Part shown: in pieces, positions 1 through 8,357 of the stretch | Layout: each line of letters opens with the position of its first letter | Position numbering within the stretch: position 1 is the first letter of the stretch | Assembly (NCBI GenBank): GCA_963736925.1 | Contig: CAVTQP010000001.1 | Location: 134,159-198,158 of the forward strand | Source: an uncultured Actinomycetes bacterium | Lineage (GTDB): Bacteria; Actinomycetota; Acidimicrobiia; Acidimicrobiales; CAVTQP01 | Direction: 5' to 3' | DNA length: 64,000 bases | The notes under the pieces: generated by a model | Told to the model about the DNA's origin: nothing | What the model saw: the letters and a program-made list of their open reading frames with translations, nothing else | The model's database searches: none | Program-made: the position numbers and the translations under genes

Positions 1-729
1 GGTCCGTCCGGCGAGCGAACGAGCGAGGGCCCCGACGGGGAGCTCGCAACCACCGCCCATCTCGGATAAGAAGGCCCGTTCGGCATCCACCTCCGAGCGA
101 CTGGGCGCGTGCTCTATCGCAGCGACGGCCGAGCGGGTGACCTCGTCGTCCCGACGGCACTCGATCGCGAGGGCCCCCTGTCCGACCTGGGGAACCATCG
201 CCGAGACATCCAGCAGCTGTGCGACCGAGCTTTGCCTACCGAGGCGGCGGAGGGCGGCCATCGCCACCACCACGGCACCGTACGAGGCTGCCTTCTCCAG
301 CCGGGTGCCGATGTTGCCCCGAAGATCGGCAAAGGTCAGGTCCGGTCTCGCCCACGCCAGCTGTGCCCGCCGCCGCACTGAGCCGGTCGCCACCACGGAC
401 CCCGGAGAAAGCCCGTCCAGGTCCGACCCCACCAACGCGTCGCGGGGGTCCTCTCGCTCAGGGACCGCGGCCAGCACCAGACCCGGGGAGGTAAGCGAAG
501 GCAGGTCCTTGGCCGAGTGGACCGCCAGATCGGCCCGGCCCTCCAGCACGGCCTGCTGGACCTCCTTGACGAAGACACCCTGACCCCCCATCGCGGCGAT
601 GGCCGTGTCCCTCCGCATGTCGCCCGACGTCTCCACCGCGACCAGCTCGGTCTGCGCATCGATGAGGCGGGCTACATGGAGAGCTTGCCACCGGGCGAGT
701 GGACTGCGCCGGGTCGCTACCCGAAGCAC
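1..729 (-). CDS. hemC: porphobilinogen deaminase (hydroxymethylbilane synthase), 3' end outside window
   Basis: Absent from the ORF track because it runs off the window edge. My minus-strand translation from GTG at 729 reads VLRVATRRSPLARWQA..VETSGD..GVFVKEVQQAVLEGRADLAVHSAKDLP..GNIGTRL..QGALAIE, which is the HemC motif order. It starts 5 nt after the hemA stop. Confidence 0.9.
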   Translation of the reverse strand, partial: MLRVATRRSPLARWQALHVARLIDAQTELVAVETSGDMRRDTAIAAMGGQGVFVKEVQQAVLEGRADLAVHSAKDLPSLTSPGLVLAAVPEREDPRDALVGSDLDGLSPGSVVATGSVRRRAQLAWARPDLTFADLRGNIGTRLEKAASYGAVVVAMAALRRLGRQSSVAQLLDVSAMVPQVGQGALAIECRRDDEVTRSAVAAIEHAPSRSEVDAERAFLSEMGGGCELPVGALARSLAGRT

Positions 730-734
730 GATCC

Positions 735-2003
735 TCAGTCCAGATCGAAGAGCGCGCGTAGTGCCTCTGCCAGGCGCTCCCCCCGCGGAGAGCCCGCCGC
801 CTCCTTCAGCCGCACCGTCGGCTCGTGCATCAGCTTGCCGATGATGCCCTTGGTCAACGCCTCGACCGCGTGGCGCTGGCGCGGCTCGAGGCCTTCCAAG
901 CGGGAGTCAAAGCGGGACAGCTCGGCCTGGCGGACGGATTCGGCCTGATTTCGCAACGCGGCCACCAACGGTGCTGCTTCACGTGCGGCAGTCGCCTCCA
1001 GATACTGCTGCACCTCCTCGGCGATGATCGCTCTCACCTTGGAGATCTCGCGCCGCCGCCCCTCCATGCCAGCTTCGGCGAAAGCCCGGATGTCGTCCAT
1101 GTCCAGGAGCGTCACACCCCCGATCTTCGCCACCCCGGGATCTACGTTTCTCGGGACCGCGACGTCCACCATCAGCAACGGCCGCTCGGCGCGCGATCTC
1201 ATCACCGGCTCCATATCGTCCGTGCCGAGTAGCGCCGCCGAACCACCGGCCGACGTGAGTACCACATCGGCCTTCATCATGGCAGGGCCGAGTGACCCGA
1301 TCTCCACCGGCTTGGCGCCGATGCGCGATGCCAGATCTACGGCGCGGTTCCACGTCCTGCTCGACACCACCAGCTCACCGCTGGCCCTCGATCCGGCGAG
1401 GGCTGCGAGCATTCCCTCACCCACCTCGCCGGCGCCGAGGAGCACGACGCAACGGCCCTCCAGCGAGCCTCCGAGGCGGTCGGCGACCAGGGCAACGGCC
1501 GCATGCGAGACCGACGTGATCCCCCGGGCTATGGCGGTGTCCGAACGCGTACGCTTCCCGACCTCGACCGCGTGCCTGAACAGTGCCGAGAGGTTGAAGC
1601 CTGCGAGCTTCTCCTCCCTGGCCCGGTCCCAGGCCCTGCGAACCTGCGAGAGGACTTCGTTCTCACCGAGAACGGCCGAGTCGATACCGGCGGCCACCTC
1701 GAACAGGTGCGTCACCGCGGCATCCTCGTAATAGCAGTAGACGTGGTCCTCGAGCTCTTCGAGCGCAACGCCGCTCAGCTCGGCAAGGAAGTCCTGCACG
1801 TCGGCCACCGCTCCGTGGAACCGCTCGGCCTGCACATACACCTCGGTGCGCATGCAAGTCGACAGAATCAACGCCTCCGAGAGGTTCGGCCGGTCCCCTA
1901 GCTCGGCGAGGGCTTTGGGAAGGTCGAGGTCGGCAACGGTCGTGCGCTCGAGCAGGTCGAGCGAGGCGGTCCGCTGGTTGATGCCTAGGACGACGACAGA
2001 CAC
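735..2003 (-). CDS. hemA: glutamyl-tRNA reductase
   Basis: 422-aa ORF with a GTG start. It has the catalytic-Cys motif ILSTCMRTEVY and the NADPH loop LLGAGEVGEG. hemC follows it. Confidence 0.95.
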   Translation of the reverse strand: MSVVVLGINQRTASLDLLERTTVADLDLPKALAELGDRPNLSEALILSTCMRTEVYVQAERFHGAVADVQDFLAELSGVALEELEDHVYCYYEDAAVTHLFEVAAGIDSAVLGENEVLSQVRRAWDRAREEKLAGFNLSALFRHAVEVGKRTRSDTAIARGITSVSHAAVALVADRLGGSLEGRCVVLLGAGEVGEGMLAALAGSRASGELVVSSRTWNRAVDLASRIGAKPVEIGSLGPAMMKADVVLTSAGGSAALLGTDDMEPVMRSRAERPLLMVDVAVPRNVDPGVAKIGGVTLLDMDDIRAFAEAGMEGRRREISKVRAIIAEEVQQYLEATAAREAAPLVAALRNQAESVRQAELSRFDSRLEGLEPRQRHAVEALTKGIIGKLMHEPTVRLKEAAGSPRGERLAEALRALFDLD

Positions 2004-2713
2004 TCTCGCAACCGCTCCCTCGCTAGGTCTATCCGGCCCGCCCGCAACAGGGCGAGCATGTCCGACTGCAGGGCCTTTTGCCAGTCACGCTCCTCTGTCG
2101 AACCGCCGGCTGCCTTTATCGCGTCGCGCTCGGTGGAGAGGAGCTCCGCCAGAGCCTGGTACTCGGGGCCGAACTGCTCGGCCAAGAGAGACCTGAGCCA
2201 GGAAGCCAGCGCGGGGCTTTGCCCTCCCGTCGACACGGTGATCATCACGGGCCCCCGGCGCAGCACCGAGGGCAGGGTGAAGGAGCTCGAACGGACGTCA
2301 TCCGCGCTGTTGACCCATACGCCAAGCGCATCTCCGTCCTCGTAGACCCTCCGGTTGACCCCAGGGTCATCGGTGGCCGCCACGGCCAGCCGGTAGCCCT
2401 GGATCTCGCCGGGTACGTAGGCGCGCTCCTCCCATGTCAGGGAAGTGCCCAGATCCTCGGCCAGCCGGAGGATCTCTTGGCCCACGTCCTCGGCCACCAC
2501 GTGCACTCGTGCCCCGCACTCGACAAGCGAGCGAGCCTTGCGCGCCGCCACGGTTCCCCCGCCGACCACCAGGCAACGCCGGCCTGCCACCACGAGGTTC
2601 ACCGGGTACTGGGGGGTCTCAACCGGCACGGGACTTGGACCCGGCCGGGAGCTTCTCCCGGTGATCAGGTGGGGTCTCACCCACCCGGCTAGGGCAGGGA
2701 GAGCCGATCCCAT
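1985..2713 (-). CDS. siroheme synthase N-domain-like protein (precorrin-2 dehydrogenase / sirohydrochlorin ferrochelatase, SirC/Met8-like)
   Basis: It has the Rossmann motif VVGGGTVAARKARSLVECGARVHVVA. It sits between rex and hemA and overlaps the hemA start. The true start is probably internal (in-frame GTG at 2629) because 2619-2713 overlaps rex. Confidence 0.75.
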   Translation of the reverse strand: MGSALPALAGWVRPHLITGRSSRPGPSPVPVETPQYPVNLVVAGRRCLVVGGGTVAARKARSLVECGARVHVVAEDVGQEILRLAEDLGTSLTWEERAYVPGEIQGYRLAVAATDDPGVNRRVYEDGDALGVWVNSADDVRSSSFTLPSVLRRGPVMITVSTGGQSPALASWLRSLLAEQFGPEYQALAELLSTERDAIKAAGGSTEERDWQKALQSDMLALLRAGRIDLARERLRECLSSS

Positions 2714-3344
2714 GGCTCTGGTAGAAGCTCATGACTCTCAGCTCTATGGAAAGGTCAACTTGGCGCACTCTCACGTGCTCGGGAACGTTCAACACGGCTG
2801 GCGCGAAGTTGAGAATAGAGGTGATGCCGCCGCTCACGAGAGCCTGGGCCACCTCCTGGGCGACGACGGCCGGAGTGGTTATGACGGCTATGGCCAGCCG
2901 CCGCTCGGCCACCAGCAGGGGCAAGTCCTCCATACGGCTCACGGGGACGCCTCCGATGAGCTGGCCGACCTTTCCCGCATCGGAGTCCACCAGGGCTGCC
3001 ACCCGGAAGCCGCCGGAGGAGAAGCCCTGGGAGTTGGCGAGCGCCCGCCCCAGGTTCCCTACCCCTACGATCACCACCGGCCAGTCGCGGTCGAGCCCCA
3101 ACTCCCGACCTATCTGACTCAGGAGGAAGTCCACGTCGTAGCCGGCGCCTCTCGTTCCGTAGGAGCCGAGGAAGGAAAGGTCCTTTCGTACCTTTGCGGC
3201 GTTCACGCCCGCCGCCTCGGCCAACCCCTCGGATGAGACCGTGGGCGTCCGTAACTGTGCCATCTCCGTCAGCACCCTCTGATAGAGAGGCAGGCGGGCG
3301 ACCGTCGCCTCCGGTATCCGCCGGTGCTCGGCCATACGCCGCAT
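2619..3344 (-). CDS. rex: redox-sensing transcriptional repressor Rex
   Basis: It has the N-terminal winged helix IPEATVARLPLYQRVL and the NADH Rossmann motif VVIVGVGNLGRALA. It lies upstream of hem genes, as in Streptomyces rex-hemACD. Confidence 0.95.
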   Translation of the reverse strand: MRRMAEHRRIPEATVARLPLYQRVLTEMAQLRTPTVSSEGLAEAAGVNAAKVRKDLSFLGSYGTRGAGYDVDFLLSQIGRELGLDRDWPVVIVGVGNLGRALANSQGFSSGGFRVAALVDSDAGKVGQLIGGVPVSRMEDLPLLVAERRLAIAVITTPAVVAQEVAQALVSGGITSILNFAPAVLNVPEHVRVRQVDLSIELRVMSFYQSHGIGSPCPSRVGETPPDHREKLPAGSKSRAG

Positions 3345-3354
3345 CGTACCGACC

Positions 3355-3372
3355 TCGTGACGATGATCACAA
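3355..3372. promoter_or_regulatory. candidate Rex operator (ROP-like inverted repeat)
   Basis: TCGTGAC-GATG-ATCACAA lies 11 nt upstream of the rex ORF. Against the Streptomyces ROP consensus TTGTGAA-N4-TTCACAA it matches 5/7 and 6/7 half-site positions. Confidence 0.45.
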
Positions 3373-3457
3373 AGGGCGGGGACCCTTCAGGCGTGCCTCC
3401 CTCAGGGTGATCTGGACCGGCGCCGATACCTGGCGACGGCATCGGCCGAGGGCCCCT

Positions 3458-3649
3458 TCAGCCCGCCTCGATGTAGCGGTCTGCCAGGTACTTGTCCAGG
3501 TCCTCCTCCCGCAGCCGGTAAGACTTGCCAACCCGAACCGCCGGGAGCTGGCCGGCGTTGATGAGCCGGTACACGGTCATGTTGGACACCCGCAGGGAGC
3601 TGGCCACCTCCCCGACCGTGAGGAAACGGGCCCTAGCGTGCTGTTGCAG
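3458..3649 (-). CDS. excisionase-family helix-turn-helix DNA-binding protein (Rv0500A-like, conserved next to proC)
   Basis: Absent from the ORF track. My translation reads LQQHARARFLTVGEVASSLRVSNMTVYRLINAGQLPAVRVGKSYRLREEDLDKYLADRYIEAG*. No in-frame ATG/GTG/TTG lies between the upstream stop and the HTH. The CTG at 3647-3649 is preceded by GGAGAGGAGGA with a 5-nt spacer. Confidence 0.75.
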   Translation of the reverse strand: MQQHARARFLTVGEVASSLRVSNMTVYRLINAGQLPAVRVGKSYRLREEDLDKYLADRYIEAG

Positions 3650-3710
3650 TGAATCCTCCTCTCCACCCTGGGGCGACTGTACGCCAGTGTTGCTCCTGGG
3701 GGAAGAGGGG

Positions 3711-4502
3711 TCACCGTCGACCCAGCTCTCTGGCCCGCCCCGTCGCGGCTGTCACGGCGGCGACCAGCGCCTCCTCGAAGCCGGCTGCTCTCAGGGCGGA
3801 CAATCCGGCCTCGGTCGTCCCTCCCTTCGATGCGACCCCCGCGAGTAACTCCCTCGGTGAGCTGCCCGCTTCGAGCATCAGGCGGGCCGAGCCGAGGACT
3901 GTCTCCAGGACGAGCAGGTGGCTCACCTCACGAGGAAGTCCGTTTCGCACGCCGGCCTCTATGAGGGACTCGGCTACGGAGAATACGTAGGCCGGTCCCG
4001 ACCCCGAGAGCCCGGTCACTGCGTCCAACAGCTCCTCGCTCACCCGGGTCACCTTCCCCACGGAACCGAGGATCGATTCCGCCCAGTCCATGTCGGCATC
4101 GCCTGCTGTGCCTCCCCCGGCGATTGCGGCCACGCCGGCACCGATCAGCGCGGGCTGGTTGGGCATTGCGCGAACGACAGCGGATTCGGTTCCGAGCCAT
4201 GACTCCAAGGACCGGAGTGTCACGCCCGCCATGACCGACAGCACCCGTCTCTGAAGACCGGCGACGGAGTGGCAAGCGGTTTCGGCATCCTCGGGCTTGA
4301 CAGACAACACCGCGCCCTCGCTCCCATCCGGTGTCGCGGAGACGGGCACGCCCGGGAACTGCTCGGCAAGGCGTGCCCGCGCCTGCCGGCTGCTGTCGAC
4401 AACGAGGATCTCGCTCGGTGCGGCCCAATTCGACCCGATGACGCCCCCTATGAGCGCCCAGCCCATATGGCCTCCTCCGACGACTACGAGTCGCGGCCTC
4501 AT
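3711..4502 (-). CDS. proC: pyrroline-5-carboxylate reductase
   Basis: 263-aa ORF with the NADP loop VVGGGHMGWALIGG and the ProC signature region SKGGTTEAGLSAL. Confidence 0.95.
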   Translation of the reverse strand: MRPRLVVVGGGHMGWALIGGVIGSNWAAPSEILVVDSSRQARARLAEQFPGVPVSATPDGSEGAVLSVKPEDAETACHSVAGLQRRVLSVMAGVTLRSLESWLGTESAVVRAMPNQPALIGAGVAAIAGGGTAGDADMDWAESILGSVGKVTRVSEELLDAVTGLSGSGPAYVFSVAESLIEAGVRNGLPREVSHLLVLETVLGSARLMLEAGSSPRELLAGVASKGGTTEAGLSALRAAGFEEALVAAVTAATGRARELGRR

Positions 4503-4691
4503 GGCTCGGAGGCTACCGGGTTGGCCGGCCCGAGGAACCTCCTAACGCAGTCCGCACTTCCCCGAACGGACTACGCCACTCTGCCCCTCGGGCCTAGCCG
4601 GTGTGAACGTATCTCCAGCGCGCGCGATCGAGCAAGGAAAAGTTTTGGGAAATTCGCGACTCGTGGCACGTCGCGCGCAGTTGTAACGACA

Positions 4692-5120
4692 TCACACGCG
4701 ACGAGCTACGCGCTTGTACTTGCCCGCGTATCCGATGGCCATTGCCGTTGGAAAGCACTCTTCGGTGTACGCATACGATGCCCCGACGATGCGATCCAGT
4801 TCTGCTTGATCTAGAGCCAAAATCGGGATCTGGCCGACCAAGTACACCGCGTCCTCCGGACCAAGGCTGAAGCGCACCCCATACATCGAGGCGTTCCGTC
4901 GGAGCAGGTACTCGTAACACGCTTCGATGTTCTCCTCCGGTGCCGGCATGACTTGTGTCTCGTAGCTGAGAGTGCGCTCGCCGAGAGTCATCCAAATGGT
5001 GATGACCGACTTCTCGTCACCATGCATCCGGATGTACCAACGACTGAGGCGGGGATCGTGATCAACGGCGGATACAGCGGTGCCGTTGTTGAGTTGCTGA
5101 CGGGCCCAAGCGTCGATCAT
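4692..5120 (-). CDS. YbjN-like domain protein (putative chaperone/sensory-transduction-regulator fold)
   Basis: 142-aa ORF. Its size, sequence style and position next to mshA match the conserved actinobacterial YbjN-family neighbour. This is recalled from memory, not from a profile search. Confidence 0.5.
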   Translation of the reverse strand: MIDAWARQQLNNGTAVSAVDHDPRLSRWYIRMHGDEKSVITIWMTLGERTLSYETQVMPAPEENIEACYEYLLRRNASMYGVRFSLGPEDAVYLVGQIPILALDQAELDRIVGASYAYTEECFPTAMAIGYAGKYKRVARRV

Positions 5121-5177
5121 CGCGCGCTACGGCCTCTCGATCCTCCCCCGACGCCGCGCCGGTGTCCGGAAGATCGC

Positions 5178-6440
5178 TCAGTGGCACTCCACCAGGACTC
5201 GATCGGTGAGCTCCTGGTAGAGGCGGCGCAGGATCGCGCCTGCCTTCGGCCAGGTGTAGTTACGAGCACGAGCCGCGGCCATCTCGCTCATGCGCGCACG
5301 ACGGACCGGGTCGCAAAGCAGAGTCGTCATGTGCTCGGCGAAGGCCTGGGGGGCGCGCTCTTCGACCAGGAAGCCAGTCCGGCCCTGGTCGACGATCGTC
5401 CTCAATCCGCCGACGGCCGAAGCCACAACCGGCGTTCCGCAGGCAGCGCTCTCGAGAGCCACCAACCCAAAGGACTCCGATCGGCTGGGAACGAGGCAGG
5501 CATCCGCCGCCCGGTAGTAGGTGGAAAGGAGCTCATGAGCCTGGGGGGCGACGAAGTGGACCCTCTCCTCCACTCCCAGCTCCTTCACCATCAGGTGGAG
5601 CCGCCTCATCTCGTCGTTCCCCTGCGGGCCGCTGGGACCGCCCACCACGACCAAGAAGGCGCCGAGGGAGGGGTCGAGCCGGGCCAGGGCGGCCACCGCC
5701 ACGTCTGCACCCTTCAGGGGCTGTATGCGCCCGACGAAGACCAGCATCGAACCCCGGTCGGGTAGTCCAAGGGCGCGCCTGGCCTGACTCCGGTTCCCTG
5801 GAGCGAAGAAGGCGCGATCCACGCCGGGCGGCACGATGCAGATCCTCGAGGGGTCCGCGCCGTAGAGCTGCGCCAGCTGCACCGCCTCCACCGAGCAGGT
5901 GGCCAGCACGGCGTCGGAGCAGCCGATGATCCGAGCTTCGGCCTCCGCCCGCTTGGCCGGCTCCGAAGCGGCCAACTCGGCGGGGCTGGCCTCGGCCTTC
6001 ACCCTTGCCAGGGTGTGGAAGGTGGAGACAAGCGGCAGGTTCAGCTCATGCTTGACCGTGTCTCCGGCGATCCCCGACAACCAGTAGTTGGCATGTATGG
6101 CATCGACGGAGCCGGCGACGCCCTCCTCCCTTCGGCCCGTGCCTCCCGTCAGCCGGCAAAGCACCCCCTCGGAGAACTCTTCGATCACCTCCGGGAGACC
6201 TTCTTTGGGGATGGGGGCCAGCGGACCGGCCGGTACGTGGTGGACCCGCAGGCCGGGTTCCACCGCGACGGTGGCCGGGAGGTCCTCGGACCATGCCCGG
6301 GTGAAGACCTCGCACGCCACGCCCGCCCTGGCCAGGGCCGTGGAGAGCTCGCGCACGTGGACGTTCATCCCGCCCCCGTCGCCGGTACCGGGCTGGGCCA
6401 ACGGGGAGGTGTGCATCGACAGGACCGCCAGGCTGCGCAT
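5178..6440 (-). CDS. mshA: D-inositol-3-phosphate glycosyltransferase (mycothiol biosynthesis)
   Basis: 420-aa GT4-family ORF. The N-terminus SMHTSPLAQPGTGDGGGMNVHVRELS is characteristic of MshA, and the C-terminal region has the GT-B E-x7-E motif. Confidence 0.9.
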   Translation of the reverse strand: MRSLAVLSMHTSPLAQPGTGDGGGMNVHVRELSTALARAGVACEVFTRAWSEDLPATVAVEPGLRVHHVPAGPLAPIPKEGLPEVIEEFSEGVLCRLTGGTGRREEGVAGSVDAIHANYWLSGIAGDTVKHELNLPLVSTFHTLARVKAEASPAELAASEPAKRAEAEARIIGCSDAVLATCSVEAVQLAQLYGADPSRICIVPPGVDRAFFAPGNRSQARRALGLPDRGSMLVFVGRIQPLKGADVAVAALARLDPSLGAFLVVVGGPSGPQGNDEMRRLHLMVKELGVEERVHFVAPQAHELLSTYYRAADACLVPSRSESFGLVALESAACGTPVVASAVGGLRTIVDQGRTGFLVEERAPQAFAEHMTTLLCDPVRRARMSEMAAARARNYTWPKAGAILRRLYQELTDRVLVECH

Positions 6441-6525
6441 CTTGGCCGTACCCTACCGCCGGGTTGTCCTGAGAGAGGCGCTCGCGTCCTGTGAGCTTGC
6501 CTCCCTGGGCCGCGGACTATCGCTG

Positions 6526-7065
6526 TCAGCCGAGCAGATGGTCCACGCTCGCCTCGCCGCGCTTGTAGCGCCCGACGATCTCCTCTTGAAGCTGGTCGAT
6601 ACGAGCATGGAGGGCACGGCGGCGGTTGGACAGGTACGTCTCGCGCTCCTCCAGGAGGTGGGCGACCTCCCTCACTTCGGACCCCGACAGCTCAGGGAGG
6701 CGGGCGAGCCGCTCCGCGCCCGCCATCGCGTCCGGCCCCTCGGACAGGTCGTCCAGCCCGGGAGCCAGGTACACGGGGAGGTGTCCGGTACCCGGCGAAC
6801 TCACCCGCTCAGCCAGGATCTCGGGAAGCCTCTCCACGAGTGCCTGCAGGTCCGCCTGCCCACCGCCCGCCCTCCGGTCCAGGTCGGCCAGCACGATGTC
6901 GAGCCGCGCCTGGGCCAGCCGGCGCACGTAGGACACGGCTACCTCCAGCTCCTGGCACTCGGTCCTCTTGGCGCGCACCTCCGCGGTCGGCAGGTCGCTG
7001 AGGCCCCGAACGTATTGCGCGCTCAGGACCCGCTCGAGAGCCGATTCGTCGAGGGCCATGTCCAT
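6526..7065 (-). CDS. RsiG-like coiled-coil protein (putative c-di-GMP-binding anti-sigma factor homologue)
   Basis: 179-aa ORF. It carries EVAVSYVRRLAQARLD (6898-6945), a perfect E-x3-S-x2-R-x3-Q-x3-D, and ETYLSNRRRALHARID (6595-6642), the same pattern with H in place of Q. Confidence 0.5.
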   Translation of the reverse strand: MDMALDESALERVLSAQYVRGLSDLPTAEVRAKRTECQELEVAVSYVRRLAQARLDIVLADLDRRAGGGQADLQALVERLPEILAERVSSPGTGHLPVYLAPGLDDLSEGPDAMAGAERLARLPELSGSEVREVAHLLEERETYLSNRRRALHARIDQLQEEIVGRYKRGEASVDHLLG

Positions 7066-7158
7066 ACGATGCTACCCGGGCCCTCTCGAGGCGAGGTTCT
7101 AAGCTCCCGACCGCCTAGCTCGCCAAGACGACCGCCAGGACCAGATTCGATGCCGGCA

Positions 7159-7608
7159 TCACCGCTGGGATTGGCGAGTCAACCGCCCCGCCCTGTCGTG
7201 GGGGGAATAGCGATAGAGGACTCGACCCTGGATCGAGGAGCGCGGAACCGGGCCGAACGTGCGGCTGTCGGTGCTCACCCGCGGGTTGTCCCCACGGAGG
7301 ACCACCAGGTCCCCCGTCGCGTCGGCAACCCGCTTGACCAACCTTCGGCCGCCGCCTCTCGGATCTAGCACCGCCACCAGGTCACCGGGGCGGACCGCCG
7401 GCGTCACCCAGATCATCAGGCGGTCGCCGGGCTCGAGGGTGGGGGACATGCTCGAGCCGACCACCTCTAGTCGCTTCAGCCTCGAGGCGGATGCCAAGAG
7501 GGCCAGGGCCACTAGCAGCCCGGTTAGCCAGACTCGGGCTCGGGTAGGGTGAGGACGCAATCGACCGTCTCGCTTTGGAGCAAGGAGCCTCGGCATGCGC
7601 ATAGCCAA
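7159..7608 (-). CDS. sodX: Ni-SOD maturation protease (S26 signal-peptidase family)
   Basis: It has the Ser motif GSSMSPTLEPGD, then LVKRV, then GDNPRVSTDSR. It is divergent from sodN. The annotated start overlaps the sodN start by 14 nt, so the true start may be further downstream. Confidence 0.85.
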   Translation of the reverse strand: MAMRMPRLLAPKRDGRLRPHPTRARVWLTGLLVALALLASASRLKRLEVVGSSMSPTLEPGDRLMIWVTPAVRPGDLVAVLDPRGGGRRLVKRVADATGDLVVLRGDNPRVSTDSRTFGPVPRSSIQGRVLYRYSPHDRAGRLTRQSQR

Positions 7609-8014
7609 CCGCCTTCTTACACTCGCCGACCGCCTGAGCGCCCCCGGAGCGGTCCACGCGCACTGCGACCTCCCGTGCGGGGTCTACGACCCTGCGCAGG
7701 CCCGCATCGAGGCGGAGTCGGTGAGGGCGATCATGGAGAAGTTCAACGCGTCCAACGACAACGAGTTCAAGACCCGTGCGATCGACATCAAAGAGCAGCG
7801 GGCCGAGCTCGTAAAGCATCATCTGTGGGTGCTGTGGACCGACTACTTCAAGCCCGACCACTTGTCCAAGTACCCCCAGCTGCACGAGCTGTTCTGGAAT
7901 GCCACCAAAGCGGCGGGCGAGGCGAAGAAGACCACCGACGAGGCGGTCGGCCAGAGTCTCCTAGACCAGATCGGCGAGATCGACAAGATCTTCTGGGAGA
8001 CCAAGAAGTCCTGA
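7595..8014 (+). CDS. sodN: nickel-containing superoxide dismutase precursor
   Basis: A pro-peptide is followed by the Ni-hook HCDLPCGVYDP. The ORF is 139 aa. An AAGGAG RBS lies upstream. Confidence 0.95.
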   Translation: MRIANRLLTLADRLSAPGAVHAHCDLPCGVYDPAQARIEAESVRAIMEKFNASNDNEFKTRAIDIKEQRAELVKHHLWVLWTDYFKPDHLSKYPQLHELFWNATKAAGEAKKTTDEAVGQSLLDQIGEIDKIFWETKKS

Positions 8015-8269
8015 GCGGCGCCCCGGGCCCTCGCAACCCCCTGACACAGGAGGGAGGACGGCCACCTCGTCGGTATCGGTAAGAGACGTGTCCTCGTCGG
8101 CCGGCATCCCGTTCACCCACACACGGCTGCCGAGCAGCACACGAGCGAACTCCTCCCCGAATCGAGCTCGGGCTTCCCTCAACACGGCGCCGACCGTGCG
8201 CCCAGGCAGGTCGGTTCTTCCGACACCGGCAGCTTCGCGGGCCGACGCGAAGAGTCTCAACACCGCCAT
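7961..8269 (-). CDS. MoaD/ThiS/CysO-family sulfur-carrier-like protein with C-terminal extension
   Basis: MAVLRLFASAREAAG...EVAVLPPVSGG is a 78-aa beta-grasp carrier ending in GG. The ORF then continues for another 24 aa. The start was chosen at the internal Met (8269) of the 111-aa ORF. Confidence 0.65.
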   Translation of the reverse strand: MAVLRLFASAREAAGVGRTDLPGRTVGAVLREARARFGEEFARVLLGSRVWVNGMPADEDTSLTDTDEVAVLPPVSGGCEGPGRRSGLLGLPEDLVDLADLV

Positions 8270-8357
8270 AAAGCTCACCCGTAGCCTCCTACGCATCGGG
8301 CGTCAACCTGGCTTTGAACCAGCCCCCTTCGACAGACAGGTTGTAGGGTCGCTCGCC

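Noticed and set aside
6088-7368. 426-aa + strand ORF spanning the mshA 5' end, the RsiG-like gene and sodX
   Set aside because: It is antisense to three well-supported genes and has the Arg/Pro/Gly-rich composition typical of spurious long ORFs in high-GC DNA. The same reasoning applies to 10856-11623(-), 42591-43487(-), 51075-52109(-), 55236-56408(+), 57477-58295(-), 58525-59559(-) and 38863-39465(-).
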